A stretch of 64,000 nucleotides of DNA from Actinomycetes bacterium. Its GTDB lineage: Bacteria; Actinomycetota; Acidimicrobiia; Acidimicrobiales; UBA8190. Within the stretch, counting starts at the first letter, position 1; every line of letters starts with the position of its first letter. Location: positions 68 to 64,067 of the forward strand of contig JAKAQW010000001.1 of NCBI GenBank assembly GCA_021819525.1. Direction: 5' to 3'. Below the pieces are notes generated by a model. The model was not told the DNA's origin, made no database searches, and saw only the letters and a program-made list of their open reading frames with translations. Shown in pieces: positions 37,301 to 45,218 of this stretch. The position numbers and the translations under genes were made by a program.

Positions 37301-37500
37301 GCCGCGACGGCCACGGCCAGCTCCGAGGGATCGCTACCGGCAGCAAGGCGACCCACGACCTCCCGATCACGCTCCACGAGCTGGGTCAGGACCACCTCGA
37401 CCCGCTCGGCGGCGGCGCTGCGCTGCGCCAGCTGGAACAGCGGGACAGGAAGGCCGGCGCGCACCTTCCCAGCTTGCCAGGACCACACCGTGCTGGTCAC
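34336..37500 (-). CDS. glnE: bifunctional glutamine synthetase adenylyltransferase/adenylyl-removing enzyme
   Basis: Two nucleotidyltransferase motifs are present: GKLGGRELNYASDIDVVFV and GRFAGAELSYASDLDLVLV. The start is uncertain. GTG 37500 is chosen here, while the open frame continues to ATG 37710 through a His-Gly repeat that is probably untranslated. Confidence 0.88.
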   Translation of the reverse strand: MTSTVWSWQAGKVRAGLPVPLFQLAQRSAAAERVEVVLTQLVERDREVVGRLAAGSDPSELAVAVAAVAGASDALGRLLVADPGALEVLEHLERPVPVTGDPDDTEVSRLARAKQLELLRIAARDLLGLADLETVGIELARLADAVLNGAVAIAGGAGPRGDALAVVAMGKLGGRELNYASDIDVVFVGADGSDEAVARRLLAVAGRCFRVDADLRPEGRSGPLVRTLEGYRAYWERWAQPWERQALLKARPSAGDSALGHRFAEGAAEAVWGRPFSAEELAQVRAMKSRTELTARRVRQRRQVRRGPDLKREAGGIRDVEFAVQLLQLVHGRLDPGIRAPGTLVALAQLAESGYVAADDAAILADGYRFLRTVEHRLQLVDEQQVHSVPSDPAAYHRLARVLGFVDSPTMSADGALTATLRAKRQAVRNVHERLYFRPLLEAFAELELAAPEDRLVDASKRSGKAAGPGGERRGAGPPRRDDGPPRSGACSTVPRLDHRTGLAGQAPTYRLSPEALQRRLDAFGFADAQRTRRAIDALASGLTRSSQLMAQMLPLVLDWLSQSPDPDLGLQQLRDLVVGHHQRSLVLSTFRESPEAARRLCLLLGTSRLLGEALTRSPDVIAELGDLELARVSPQELSPLRTTPEQDPLRTTPEQDPLRTTPEQDPLRTTPEQDPLRTAPLRVAGAPDSIRDRLVRFHRRRLLQIASRDILGIDDVPETSAALTETAEAVLDAAMATAASGSTWCAVGLGRFAGAELSYASDLDLVLVCGDGEAERAIAGAESLLDLMHGEAQFDQVMRIDLALRPDGGHGPLVRDMASYRAYFARWAQTWERQAMARARVVAGDRALGRRFLELVDELVWQRPWTEGEVAEIRRMKARIERERLPTHEDPQFHLKLGRGSLADVEWTVQLLQLRHGVAEPGTMAALDRLEASGLLDSTDAQHLRAAYRFCEHTRNRWYLVGALAGGGTPGDALPSRPDQLARLARSLETTPSALREQYRRVTRRSREVVERLFYAMGPLETRTGSHHADSHHTDRHHEPHRPSQVDRRLGKQ
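35465..35585. repeat. 27-bp tandem repeat x4.5, in frame within glnE
   Basis: GTGCGCAGCGGGTCTTGCTCTGGTGTC occurs four times exactly (35465-35572) plus a partial copy. On the minus strand it encodes (PEQDPLRTT)x4. Confidence 0.95.
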
Positions 37501-37569
37501 CTGGGCGCGTCGGGAGCGGGGCTGCCGGCTGTCGGTGGCCGGCGGGTGACGGCGCGTGCTCGACGCTTC

Positions 37570-37715
37570 GCCGTGGCCGTGGCCGTGGCCGTGGCCGTGG
37601 CCGTGGCCGTGGCCGTGGCCGTGGCCGTGGCCGTGGCCGTGGCCCTGCAGCGGGCCGACATGGTGGCCGTCGCCGTGCAGCGGGCCGACATGGTGGCCGT
37701 GGCCCTGCACCGGGC
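37570..37715. repeat. (GCCGTG)12 hexanucleotide microsatellite followed by a 30-bp tandem repeat x2.5
   Basis: There are 12 perfect GCCGTG units at 37570-37641 (CACGGC = His-Gly on the minus strand). Then GCCCTGCAGCGGGCCGACATGGTGGCCGTC-like 30-mers occur at 37642-37671 and 37672-37701, plus a partial copy. Confidence 0.95.
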
Positions 37716-37813
37716 CATCGCCGCTGCCGTCGAGTCGGGCTGGCGGCGGCCGTGGCGCCGGGCGGGCCGCCTAGGCTTCCGCCATGGCCTTCGCGGCATC
37801 GACCGACGCCAGG

Positions 37814-39844
37814 ATGTCGATTCGGGTGGCCCTGCACCAGGCCAACACCGTGGTCGGCGATGTCGGGGGGAACGTGGCTGCGATCGTCGATGCCCTGGCC
37901 GGTGCCGAAGCTGCGGGGGCATCGCTGCTGGCTGGACCCGAGCTGGCGGTCACCGGCTACCCACCCGAGGATCTGCTGATGAAGCCGGGGCTGGTGGCGG
38001 CCAACCTCGATGGCGTGGAGCAGGTCGCTGCCCGCTCGGGCACGTGCGCGGTGCTCGTCGGCTTCGTCGACGTGGTCGGCGAGGCCGGTCCACACGTCGG
38101 GCGTTCGGCCCGCCGGGCGATCCTCGAAGGAGGACCACGGCGGCTGCGCAACGCGGTAGCCGTGTGCAGCGGCGGGCGGGTCCGGGCTGTCTATCATAAG
38201 CGTCTCCTGCCCAACTACGGCGTCTTCGACGAGGCTCGCTGGTTCGGCCCTGGCGACGAGGCGTTGTCGGTGTACGGCGTGCACGGTGTGCGGGTCGGGG
38301 TGTCCATCTGCGAGGACCTGTGGTTCGCCGACGGCCCGGTCCCTGTCCTGGGTCGTGGTGGCGCTCAGGTGATCGTGAACGTCAATGCCTCGCCGTTCTC
38401 CATCGGCCGCTATGCGCAGCGGCGCCAGGTCCTCCGGGACCGGGCGGTGGAAGCAGGCTGCCCGATCGTCTACGTGAACCAGGTCGGCGGCCAGGACGAG
38501 CTGGTGTTCGACGGAGGCTCCATGGTGGTCGACGGTTCGGGCCAGGTGGTGGCCGCCGCCGGGAGGTTCACCGAAGAGCTGGTGCTCGTGGACGTCCCGC
38601 TGGCGGCGCCGAGCCGCCGCCGGTGCTCGACGCCTCTGCCCGTGGTGGAGGTGACGCCGTTGCCTCGCGTGGAGGTGACGGCTCTGCCCGTGGTGGAGGT
38701 GACGCCCGGTCAGGGCACAGCTGCGCTGTCCGATCGAGGTCGCAGTGCTGGGCCGGGCATTGGCGAGCCGGTGCCCGCCGGGGCATCGAGCCAGGACACC
38801 GGCGCCGGCTCCCACCACGACCACGCGCTCGCCACAGCGGCAGCAGATCCTCGATCGGGGGCTGCACGGTGCGAGCCGGCTCGAGGCGCTGTTCGCGCGC
38901 CGCGCTGGCCGACCGCCTGCCTCGCCGGCCCGCTGTCTGGACACGCGGAGATCCCGTGGCCGGATCTCGCCGTGGAAGCCGAGGTGTACGCCGCCCTGGT
39001 CCTCGGCACGCGCGACTATCTCACCAAGAACGGCTTCTCCGAAGCCGTCATCGGTTTGTCCGGCGGCATCGACTCCTCCCTCGTGGCGGCGGTGGCGGTG
39101 GATGCCCTCGGCCCGCGCCGAGTCCACGGTCTGGCCATGCCGTCGAGGTACTCGAGCAAGGGGTCGCTGTCCGACGCCCGCGTGCTGGCCGAGGCGCTTG
39201 GGGTGGGTCTCGAGGTCGTGCCCATCGAACCGGCGCACCTCGCTTTCGCCGGCATGCTCGGGGCCATCGACGTGGCGCTCACCGGGGTCACCGACGAGAA
39301 CCTCCAGTCCCGTCTGCGAGGTGTGCTCCTCATGGCGGTGTCGAACGCCCGAGGGTGGATCGTGCTCACCACGGGGAACAAGAGCGAGCTGGCCACCGGC
39401 TACTCCACCTTGTACGGTGACAGCGCGGGTGGGTTCGCCGTGATCAAGGACGTCCCGAAGACGCTGGTGTACCGGCTCTGCCGGTACCGGAACCTGCTGG
39501 CGGGCACCGATCTGGTGCCGCTGGCCGTGCTGGAGAAGCCACCCTCCGCCGAGCTGCGCCCAGACCAGCGAGACGACCAGAGCCTGCCTCCCTACGACGT
39601 GCTCGACCCGGTCCTCGCTGCGGTGGTGGAGGACGACGCCCCCATGGCGGAGCTGATCGGCGAGGGAATGGACCCAGCGATCGTCTCCCGGGTGGTACAG
39701 CTGGTCGACGCGGCCGAGTACAAGCGGCGCCAGTCGCCGATCGGCATCCGGATCACCCCTCGCGCGTTCGGCAAAGATCGTCGGATGCCCATCACGCACC
39801 GCTTCCGCGAGCATCTCGCCGACCCGACTGGCACAGCGAGGTGA
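37814..39844 (+). CDS. nadE: glutamine-dependent NAD+ synthetase
   Basis: It has an N-terminal CN-hydrolase domain (PELAVTGYPPEDL, KRLLPNYGVFDE, VSICEDLW) and a C-terminal synthetase domain (GLSGGIDSS, TGNKSELATGYSTLYGD). ATG 37814 (MSIRVALHQANTVVGD) is preferred over ATG 37784. Confidence 0.92.
   Translation: MSIRVALHQANTVVGDVGGNVAAIVDALAGAEAAGASLLAGPELAVTGYPPEDLLMKPGLVAANLDGVEQVAARSGTCAVLVGFVDVVGEAGPHVGRSARRAILEGGPRRLRNAVAVCSGGRVRAVYHKRLLPNYGVFDEARWFGPGDEALSVYGVHGVRVGVSICEDLWFADGPVPVLGRGGAQVIVNVNASPFSIGRYAQRRQVLRDRAVEAGCPIVYVNQVGGQDELVFDGGSMVVDGSGQVVAAAGRFTEELVLVDVPLAAPSRRRCSTPLPVVEVTPLPRVEVTALPVVEVTPGQGTAALSDRGRSAGPGIGEPVPAGASSQDTGAGSHHDHALATAAADPRSGAARCEPARGAVRAPRWPTACLAGPLSGHAEIPWPDLAVEAEVYAALVLGTRDYLTKNGFSEAVIGLSGGIDSSLVAAVAVDALGPRRVHGLAMPSRYSSKGSLSDARVLAEALGVGLEVVPIEPAHLAFAGMLGAIDVALTGVTDENLQSRLRGVLLMAVSNARGWIVLTTGNKSELATGYSTLYGDSAGGFAVIKDVPKTLVYRLCRYRNLLAGTDLVPLAVLEKPPSAELRPDQRDDQSLPPYDVLDPVLAAVVEDDAPMAELIGEGMDPAIVSRVVQLVDAAEYKRRQSPIGIRITPRAFGKDRRMPITHRFREHLADPTGTAR
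38636..38707. repeat. 24-bp in-frame tandem repeat x3 in the nadE interdomain linker
   Basis: CTGCCCGTGGTGGAGGTGACGCCG-like units lie at 38636-38659, 38660-38683 and 38684-38707. They encode LPVVEVTP / LPRVEVTA / LPVVEVTP. Confidence 0.9.
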
Positions 39845-40836
39845 CCAGCGCGTCGGACATGCCCGAGGCCGCTGTCCCCCCGGGGCGCCCGTTGTGGGTG
39901 GTGGACGGGTCGCTTCCAGGGGACATCGGCGGGCGATGGCGCTCCCCAGCAGGTGGCGTGGCCCCCGGTGGCTCCGGACTGGTGGCGCTGGCTCGCCAGG
40001 TCGGCGCCTACCGGTGGGTCGAGCACCGGCTGTTCGAAGTGCTCGGCGGCTGGTCGGCGTTCGAAGCGCAGCCTGGCCCGGCCACGCTCTTCTCCGTGCT
40101 GTCGATCCAGCACGCCACCCATGCCGAGCAGTTCGCCGCGCGGCTTCCCGTCCTGGCCGGCATCGACGCGGCGGCCTTGGGGGCGCCGTCGCCGGGCTGG
40201 AGCAACCTGCTGGACCAGCTGGCCACCACGGTGGAACCTGGTGCCTCCGCCGCCGGCAGTTCGCCGGGAGATCCCCGCGTTCCGGCGGCCGGCGGTCGGT
40301 CTGGGACCGGTGGCTCGGCACCGGGCAGCCGGCCCGGAGATCCCGGGGCGCCACCGGGCAGCGGCGCTCTACCGGAGACCCAGCAGCGTCGTCTCGACGG
40401 CGCTGGCGACACGCCGAGCGCAGCGGAGCTGTGGGCCACGGTGGCGCGGCTGGTCGGCCTCGGACGCGTGGTTCTCCCCCGCTTGGCTACCGAGTACGCA
40501 CGGAGGCTGTGGTGGTGCACCCCGTCCGAGGCGCCACTGGTCCCGGTGCTACGCGGTGTCCTGGCCGACACCCGCCACGCCTGGCTCACTGTCGAGGCCA
40601 TGGTGCAGGACTATCTGGCGGCACGCGACGTATTGGCGTACGGAAGCGGCCAGCCACCGGGTACCCACGACCCAGCTACCCACGACCCAGCTAGCCACGA
40701 CCCGACCGACCTCGCTCTTGGCGCTGCGATCACCTCGCGGGCAGCTCGACACCAGCAGGCGCTCGAAGCGCTCCTGGTTCGATCAGGTGCCGGCGTCCCG
40801 CCGCTCGGCACCGGCCGAGCCGGCGAGGCGTGCTGA
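39841..40836 (+). CDS. hypothetical protein, translationally coupled to nadE
   Basis: GTG 39841 overlaps the nadE TGA (GTGA). The 331-aa product has strong G/C third-position bias and two helical-looking blocks (LARQVGAYRWVEHRLFEVLGGW..., ...RLVGLGRVVLPRLATEYARRLWW...). These flank a Gly/Pro/Ser-rich insert. I did not recognise any family. Confidence 0.6.
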   Translation: MTSASDMPEAAVPPGRPLWVVDGSLPGDIGGRWRSPAGGVAPGGSGLVALARQVGAYRWVEHRLFEVLGGWSAFEAQPGPATLFSVLSIQHATHAEQFAARLPVLAGIDAAALGAPSPGWSNLLDQLATTVEPGASAAGSSPGDPRVPAAGGRSGTGGSAPGSRPGDPGAPPGSGALPETQQRRLDGAGDTPSAAELWATVARLVGLGRVVLPRLATEYARRLWWCTPSEAPLVPVLRGVLADTRHAWLTVEAMVQDYLAARDVLAYGSGQPPGTHDPATHDPASHDPTDLALGAAITSRAARHQQALEALLVRSGAGVPPLGTGRAGEAC

Positions 40837-41016
40837 GGACGTTCTCGTTGGGTCGGCCGGCTTCCCAGAGCTCGACAGGCTGTCGCGCAGTACGGTTCGC
40901 GCCGGTGGTGACCTGATCTTTTCCTACGACTCGCCCTGCCCCGGGCCAATGCGCGACAGGGTGTCGAGCCCGATCGAGGTGAGGCGTGCCGAGGACGTCC
41001 TCGTTCAGTCGGCCGG
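40825..41016. repeat. 36-bp imperfect direct repeat (32/36) framing the 120-bp spacer between convergent genes
   Basis: GAGGCGTGCTGAGGACGTTCTCGTTGGGTCGGCCGG at 40825-40860 contains the TGA of the orphan ORF. GAGGCGTGCCGAGGACGTCCTCGTTCAGTCGGCCGG at 40981-41016 contains the ino1 stop on the minus strand. Confidence 0.9.
40871..40968. terminator. 19-nt inverted repeat between convergent genes (possible bidirectional terminator)
   Basis: CTCGACAGGCTGTCGCGCA (40871-40889) matches the reverse complement of TGCGCGACAGGGTGTCGAG (40950-40968) at 17/19 positions. Each arm is also a small palindrome. Confidence 0.3.
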
Positions 41017-42102
41017 CCAGAGGGGTCCGGGGTCGCCGGCGGCGAATGCCTCGACGAGCGCATGGGCTTCGTCGTCGTGGAACTGCACCGGCGGCGACTT
41101 CATGAAGTAGGCCGACGGGCCGACCAACGGGCCTCCGATGTGCCGGTCGAGCGCCAGCTTGGCACAGCGAACGGCATCGATGATGACACCCGCGGAGTTC
41201 GGGGAGTCCCACACCTCGAGCTTCAGCTCGACGTTCAGCGGCACGTCACCGAAGTTCCGCCCCTCCATGCGGACATAAGCCCATTTTCGGTCGGCCAACC
41301 AGGGGACGTGGTCAGAGGGGCCGATATGGATGTCGTCGGCATCGAGCACGGTGTGCTCGATCTGGCTGGTGACCGCCTGGGTCTTCGAGATCTTCTTGGA
41401 GCGAAGGCGGTCGCGCTCGAGCATGTTGCGGAAGTCCATGTTGCCGCCGAAGTTCAGCTGGTAGGTGTGGTCCAGGGCGACACCACGGTCCTCGAACAGC
41501 CGGGTGAGAATGCGGTGGATGATGGTGGAGCCCACCTGGCTCTTGATGTCGTCACCGACGATGGGGACCCCCGCATCGCGAAAGCGCCGGGCCCACTCGG
41601 GGTCGCTGGCGATGAAGACCGGGATGGCGTTGACGAAAGCCACCTTCGCTTCCAGACAAGCCCGGGCGTAGCTCCGCTGGGCTTCTTCCGAGCCGACCGG
41701 GAGGTAGCTCACCAGCACGTCCACATGCCGCTCGGCGAGGACTGCGGCCACGTCGACCGGTTCGGCTGGTGACTCTTCCACCACGTCGCGGTAGAACGTG
41801 CCGAGCCCGTCGAGAGTGGGACCGCGTTGCACCGTGACGTCGAGATGGCCGACGTTGGCAAAACGGATCGTGTTGTTGTGGCCGGCGAAGATGGCTTTGC
41901 CCAGGTCGATGCCGACCTTCGTGGCGTCCACGTCGAACGCGGCCACTACCTGCAGGTCGCGGACGTGATATCCGCCGAGCTCGACGTGCATCAGACCGGG
42001 GACCATCTCGTCGACCGGTGCGTCGCGGTAGTAGCCGATCCCCTGGACGAGTGAGCTGGCGCAGTTCCCTACGCCGGCGATGGCCACCCGGATGCTGCTC
42101 AT
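41005..42102 (-). CDS. ino1: myo-inositol-1-phosphate synthase
   Basis: ATG 42102 ([22 protein letters not shown]...) gives 365 aa. Motifs are [29 protein letters not shown] and [11 protein letters not shown]. The tracked ORF start at 42312 is an upstream extension. Confidence 0.93.
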   Translation of the reverse strand: MSSIRVAIAGVGNCASSLVQGIGYYRDAPVDEMVPGLMHVELGGYHVRDLQVVAAFDVDATKVGIDLGKAIFAGHNNTIRFANVGHLDVTVQRGPTLDGLGTFYRDVVEESPAEPVDVAAVLAERHVDVLVSYLPVGSEEAQRSYARACLEAKVAFVNAIPVFIASDPEWARRFRDAGVPIVGDDIKSQVGSTIIHRILTRLFEDRGVALDHTYQLNFGGNMDFRNMLERDRLRSKKISKTQAVTSQIEHTVLDADDIHIGPSDHVPWLADRKWAYVRMEGRNFGDVPLNVELKLEVWDSPNSAGVIIDAVRCAKLALDRHIGGPLVGPSAYFMKSPPVQFHDDEAHALVEAFAAGDPGPLWPAD

Positions 42103-42815
42103 GTGCTCTGTCCTTTCGCGGTGGCCGCCGGAACGGCCAGGTCGGTGCCGGCGCCGGGCGCTGGCTGGTCGAGAAGTGCCGGGACCGTGATGCTGGCCCT
42201 CGAAGGGTCGATCTGCTCTGCGGCAGTGGTGCGGAGACGTTCGGACTCGATCAGCTGGTCGAGCCAGGCGATGTCGCGCGCCGTGGAGTCCGCGGCGTGC
42301 TCGATCAGGCATCGGGCATAGCGGTCGAGCTGCGCGGCGGCCACCGATCGCTGCACTGCGGCCAAGCGATCGAGGAGCTGGGCCCGGCGACGCTCGAGCA
42401 GGCGAAGGCGGGCCGGTGGCGGGAGGTACCGTGCGAACGCCAGACGCAGGCCGAAGCCCCGAGCGTCTTCTCCCGCCTGCGGTTCGGCTGCCAGCAGCGC
42501 GGCGAACTGGCGCCGACCCTCGTCGGTGACCCGGTACACCTTGCGGTTGCGGCGTCCCCGGCCGGTCACCGCCCGGCGTGCTCGCAGCGCTGCGCGCTCA
42601 CCTGACAGCGAGCCGGTCATGGGGACCGGGCTGTCGCGGCGTTCGCCGTCGGCAGCTACGAGCGCCCCCGAGCGCTCCAAGCGTGAGAGGGCCGGGTACA
42701 ACGAGCCGAAGGAGACGTTGGCGAACACGCCGACCTCCTCGCGCAGGCGGCGGCGGATCTCGTACCCGTGCAGCTCGTGCTCCTCGAGCACCCCGAGGAT
42801 GGCCAGCTCGAGCAT
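42099..42815 (-). CDS. PadR-family transcriptional regulator
   Basis: [50 protein letters not shown] is a PadR winged helix. Its stop overlaps the ino1 ATG (ATGA). The arrangement matches the mycobacterial Rv0047c-ino1 pair. The start is ATG 42815 (alternatives 42821 or 42896). Confidence 0.88.
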   Translation of the reverse strand: MLELAILGVLEEHELHGYEIRRRLREEVGVFANVSFGSLYPALSRLERSGALVAADGERRDSPVPMTGSLSGERAALRARRAVTGRGRRNRKVYRVTDEGRRQFAALLAAEPQAGEDARGFGLRLAFARYLPPPARLRLLERRRAQLLDRLAAVQRSVAAAQLDRYARCLIEHAADSTARDIAWLDQLIESERLRTTAAEQIDPSRASITVPALLDQPAPGAGTDLAVPAATAKGQST

Positions 42816-42982
42816 CAGGACACGCGGCCCGAAGAAAGAAGAGAGAGTCGATACATCGCTGTCACCTATCGTACCGATACATCGCCAGATTGGCAAACGA
42901 GGGATGTCGACGCAGGTGGGCCCGGAAACAGGGCACGGCGTGAGCGCTCCAGGAGCGCTTCGCGAGGCTCAGCGGCTGGGGC

Positions 42983-43167
42983 GGCTCGCCTGCTGGAACG
43001 GCTGGGACGGCTGGGACGGTTGGGACGGCGCGGCCGGCTCGCCTGCTGGGACGGCTGGGACCGCTCGGACGGCGCGGGCGGCTCGCCTGCTGGAACGGCT
43101 GGGACGGTTGGGACGGCGCGGCCGGCTCGCCTGCTGGAACGGCTGGGACCGCTCGGACGGCCCGAGC
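42983..43167. repeat. 44-bp tandem repeat x4 (88-bp A-B higher-order unit x2) in the padR / DUF5318 divergent region
   Basis: GGCTCGCCTGCTGG(A/G)ACGGCTGGGAC... units start at 42983, 43036, 43080 and 43124. The first copy carries an extra 9-bp CTGGGACGG. Confidence 0.9.
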
Positions 43168-43244
43168 GCCGGTTCGGGCGACCGGTGTGTCGGAGACAGC
43201 CCTCGCCGACCACGACCGGGTCGCGCGGCGCTACCCTGGACCCG

Positions 43245-43754
43245 ATGCATTTCGGTCCCTCGGCCGTCCGCGGTGTTGCCACCAGTGGCAGTGGAGGCCG
43301 GGTGGAGTACCGCCTGGCTCGCAACGCCGTCGTGCGAGAGGTGCAGCGCGGCAGGCTGTCGCGCCTCGACGTGTGCGATGCCCACCCGGAGCTGCTCCGA
43401 GCAGCGCGAAACGTGGGACGGTCGCTCGGCGAGACATGCCCTATCTGCGACGAGGTGGAGGTGGTCCACGTCGCCTACGTGTTCGGGGCTCGGCTGCCAC
43501 CCCAGGGACGGTGCCCGACTACCGCCGCGGAGCTGGACCGCCTGTGCCGCCGGCGGGAACCGGTGGTCTGCTACGTGGTGGAGGTGTGCCCGGGCTGCGG
43601 GTGGAACCACTTGGTCAGGATGTTCTCAGGCGGGGGCCAGGCCCGCCGGGCATCGGCTGCCAGCCAGCCCCAGGCGGAGGTGACGTCGACGGCGAAGAGC
43701 CGTGCCGCCACCTCGCAGCCGCCTGCCAGCGATCCCCCAGGCGAGCAAAAGTAG
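43245..43754 (+). CDS. DUF5318-type zinc-ribbon protein (Rv0049-like, assignment from memory)
   Basis: ATG 43245. Product contains VEYRLARNAVVREVQRGRLSRLDVCDAHPELLRAARNVG...CPICDE...VCYVVEVCPGCGWNHL, with two CxxC pairs. It sits next to padR-ino1, as in mycobacteria. Confidence 0.75.
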   Translation: MHFGPSAVRGVATSGSGGRVEYRLARNAVVREVQRGRLSRLDVCDAHPELLRAARNVGRSLGETCPICDEVEVVHVAYVFGARLPPQGRCPTTAAELDRLCRRREPVVCYVVEVCPGCGWNHLVRMFSGGGQARRASAASQPQAEVTSTAKSRAATSQPPASDPPGEQK

Positions 43755-43924
43755 GGCAACATGGAGTGCTCGAGGGCGCTGGCGGCACCGCTGGCCGCGT
43801 GGTGCTCGAGGGCGGCGATCACCGGCAGCAGGGCTGCAGCTGGCACCAGGATCACCTTCACCGGGATCCCGCACAGCGGGACCACCGACAGCCGGACCAC
43901 GGACAGCAGAAGAGTGGAGTCGTA

Positions 43925-44983
43925 GTGAGCGCAGCACAGAGCAACGGGGGCCGGAGCCGCAACCCCTCCGGCGGCCAGGGTGGCGGTCGCCCCAACCAGC
44001 GGGCGCAGCCCGCCGGCGGTCGCCAACCGGCATCCGCTGCACGCGGCGCGCGCCCGCCAGGGACCGGGGGAGGACGCCCGCCGCGCCCGCCGTCGGGCCG
44101 GCCGGTGTCGGCGCGTCCGCCCAAGCGCGGCGGCCTCTCGCCGTCGACCATCGCCGTGGGGGCGGTGGCCCTGGTGGTGGTGGTGGTCGTGGTCATCGTC
44201 GGTGTCAAGCTGACCGGGGGCAGCTCGTCGTCGACCGGGGCGAACGGGCTGAAGGCACCGGTGGACACCCCGGCGTCGGCCCAGGTGGTGAGCGAAGTCG
44301 AGCATGTGCCCGCCTCGGTGCAGGACGCGGTGGGATCCGGCGGCTCCAACGTGCTGACCGCACCGTCGGTGAAGACCGGGCAGCCGCCGCTGAAGTTGGG
44401 GTCGAGCCTGCTGCCGGCCGCGATGTACATCGGCGGCGAGTTCTGCCCGTACTGCGCGGCGACTCGCTGGGCGCTGCTCATGGCATTCTCGAAGTTCGGG
44501 ACCTTCTCCGGGCTGGAGGAGACGACGTCGTCGCCGTGGGACGTGTACCCGGCCACACCGACGTTCACCTTCGTCCACGCCCACTACACCAGCCCGTACG
44601 TCAATTTCGTGCCGGTGGAGTACCTTGGCCAGGACACGCACGGGGTGAACACCCACGGGATCCTGACTCCCCTCACCAAAGCCGAGAGCCATGCCTACGA
44701 CAAGTACGACACGGTCAACGGCACACAGGGCGTGCCGTTCGTCGATGTCGGCAACAAGTACCTGATCACCAGCGCCCCCATAAACCCCCAGCTCCTCGAC
44801 GGCAAGACCCAGGCCCAGGTGGCCAGCGAGCTGACCGATGCCAAGCTGCCCATGACCCAGGCCATCGTGGGCTTGGGGAACGACCTCATCGCCAGTGTGT
44901 GCGCGCTCGACGGCAACCATCCCGGCGCGGTCTGCTCGAACGCCGGGGTGGCCAAGGCAGCAAAGGCCATGGGCATCAGCTGA
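43925..44983 (+). CDS. membrane-anchored DUF929-like thioredoxin-fold protein (CPYC motif)
   Basis: It has an Arg/Gly/Pro-rich N-terminus, one TM helix (IAVGAVALVVVVVVVIVGV), and an exported domain with AAMYIGGEFCPYCAATRWALLMAFSKFG. The start is uncertain; GTG 43925 after GGAG is chosen, while the ORF is open from 43187. Confidence 0.75.
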   Translation: MSAAQSNGGRSRNPSGGQGGGRPNQRAQPAGGRQPASAARGARPPGTGGGRPPRPPSGRPVSARPPKRGGLSPSTIAVGAVALVVVVVVVIVGVKLTGGSSSSTGANGLKAPVDTPASAQVVSEVEHVPASVQDAVGSGGSNVLTAPSVKTGQPPLKLGSSLLPAAMYIGGEFCPYCAATRWALLMAFSKFGTFSGLEETTSSPWDVYPATPTFTFVHAHYTSPYVNFVPVEYLGQDTHGVNTHGILTPLTKAESHAYDKYDTVNGTQGVPFVDVGNKYLITSAPINPQLLDGKTQAQVASELTDAKLPMTQAIVGLGNDLIASVCALDGNHPGAVCSNAGVAKAAKAMGIS

Positions 44984-45017
44984 TCATGGGCATCAGCTGA
45001 TCATGGGCATCAGCTGA
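44969..45017. repeat. 17-bp tandem repeat x3 copying the last codons and stop of the DUF929-like gene
   Basis: ATGGGCATCAGCTGATC occurs at 44969-44985 and 44986-45002, and ATGGGCATCAGCTGA at 45003-45017. The real stop is TGA 44981-44983. Confidence 0.95.
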
Positions 45018-45159
45018 GCGGTCCACCACTGTCGGCAGCCGAGCGGCCGGCGACGGCGATCGGGTGGGCCGCAGATCCCCGGGGCAAGCCCGTCGACTGC
45101 CCGGGCGCCTGCCCGGACAGCGCCGGCAAGAGGCGGGCACCGTCAGCGATGGTGGGCTG

Positions 45160-45202
45160 GTCGAGGCCCCGAGAACAGGGAGTCGAGGCCCCGAGACAGG
45201 GA
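45160..45202. repeat. 22-bp tandem duplication upstream of the VKOR-like gene
   Basis: GTCGAGGCCCCGAGAACAGGGA at 45160-45181 is followed by GTCGAGGCCCCGAGACAGGGA at 45182-45202, ending 16 nt before ATG 45219. Confidence 0.9.
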
Positions 45203-45218
45203 GACGAACGGAGCAGCC

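Noticed and set aside
42526-43244. Plus-strand ORFs 42526..43683 and 42768..43754 running through the padR antisense strand and the 44-bp repeat array.
   Set aside because: The N-terminal parts are antisense to padR or are encoded by the repeats (RLGRLGRRGRLACW...). Only the part from ATG 43245 onward looks like a real DUF5318-type protein.
43571-44920. A 449-aa minus-strand ORF opposite the DUF929-like gene.
   Set aside because: It has no motifs and typical antisense composition. The plus strand encodes a coherent TM-plus-CPYC domain protein.
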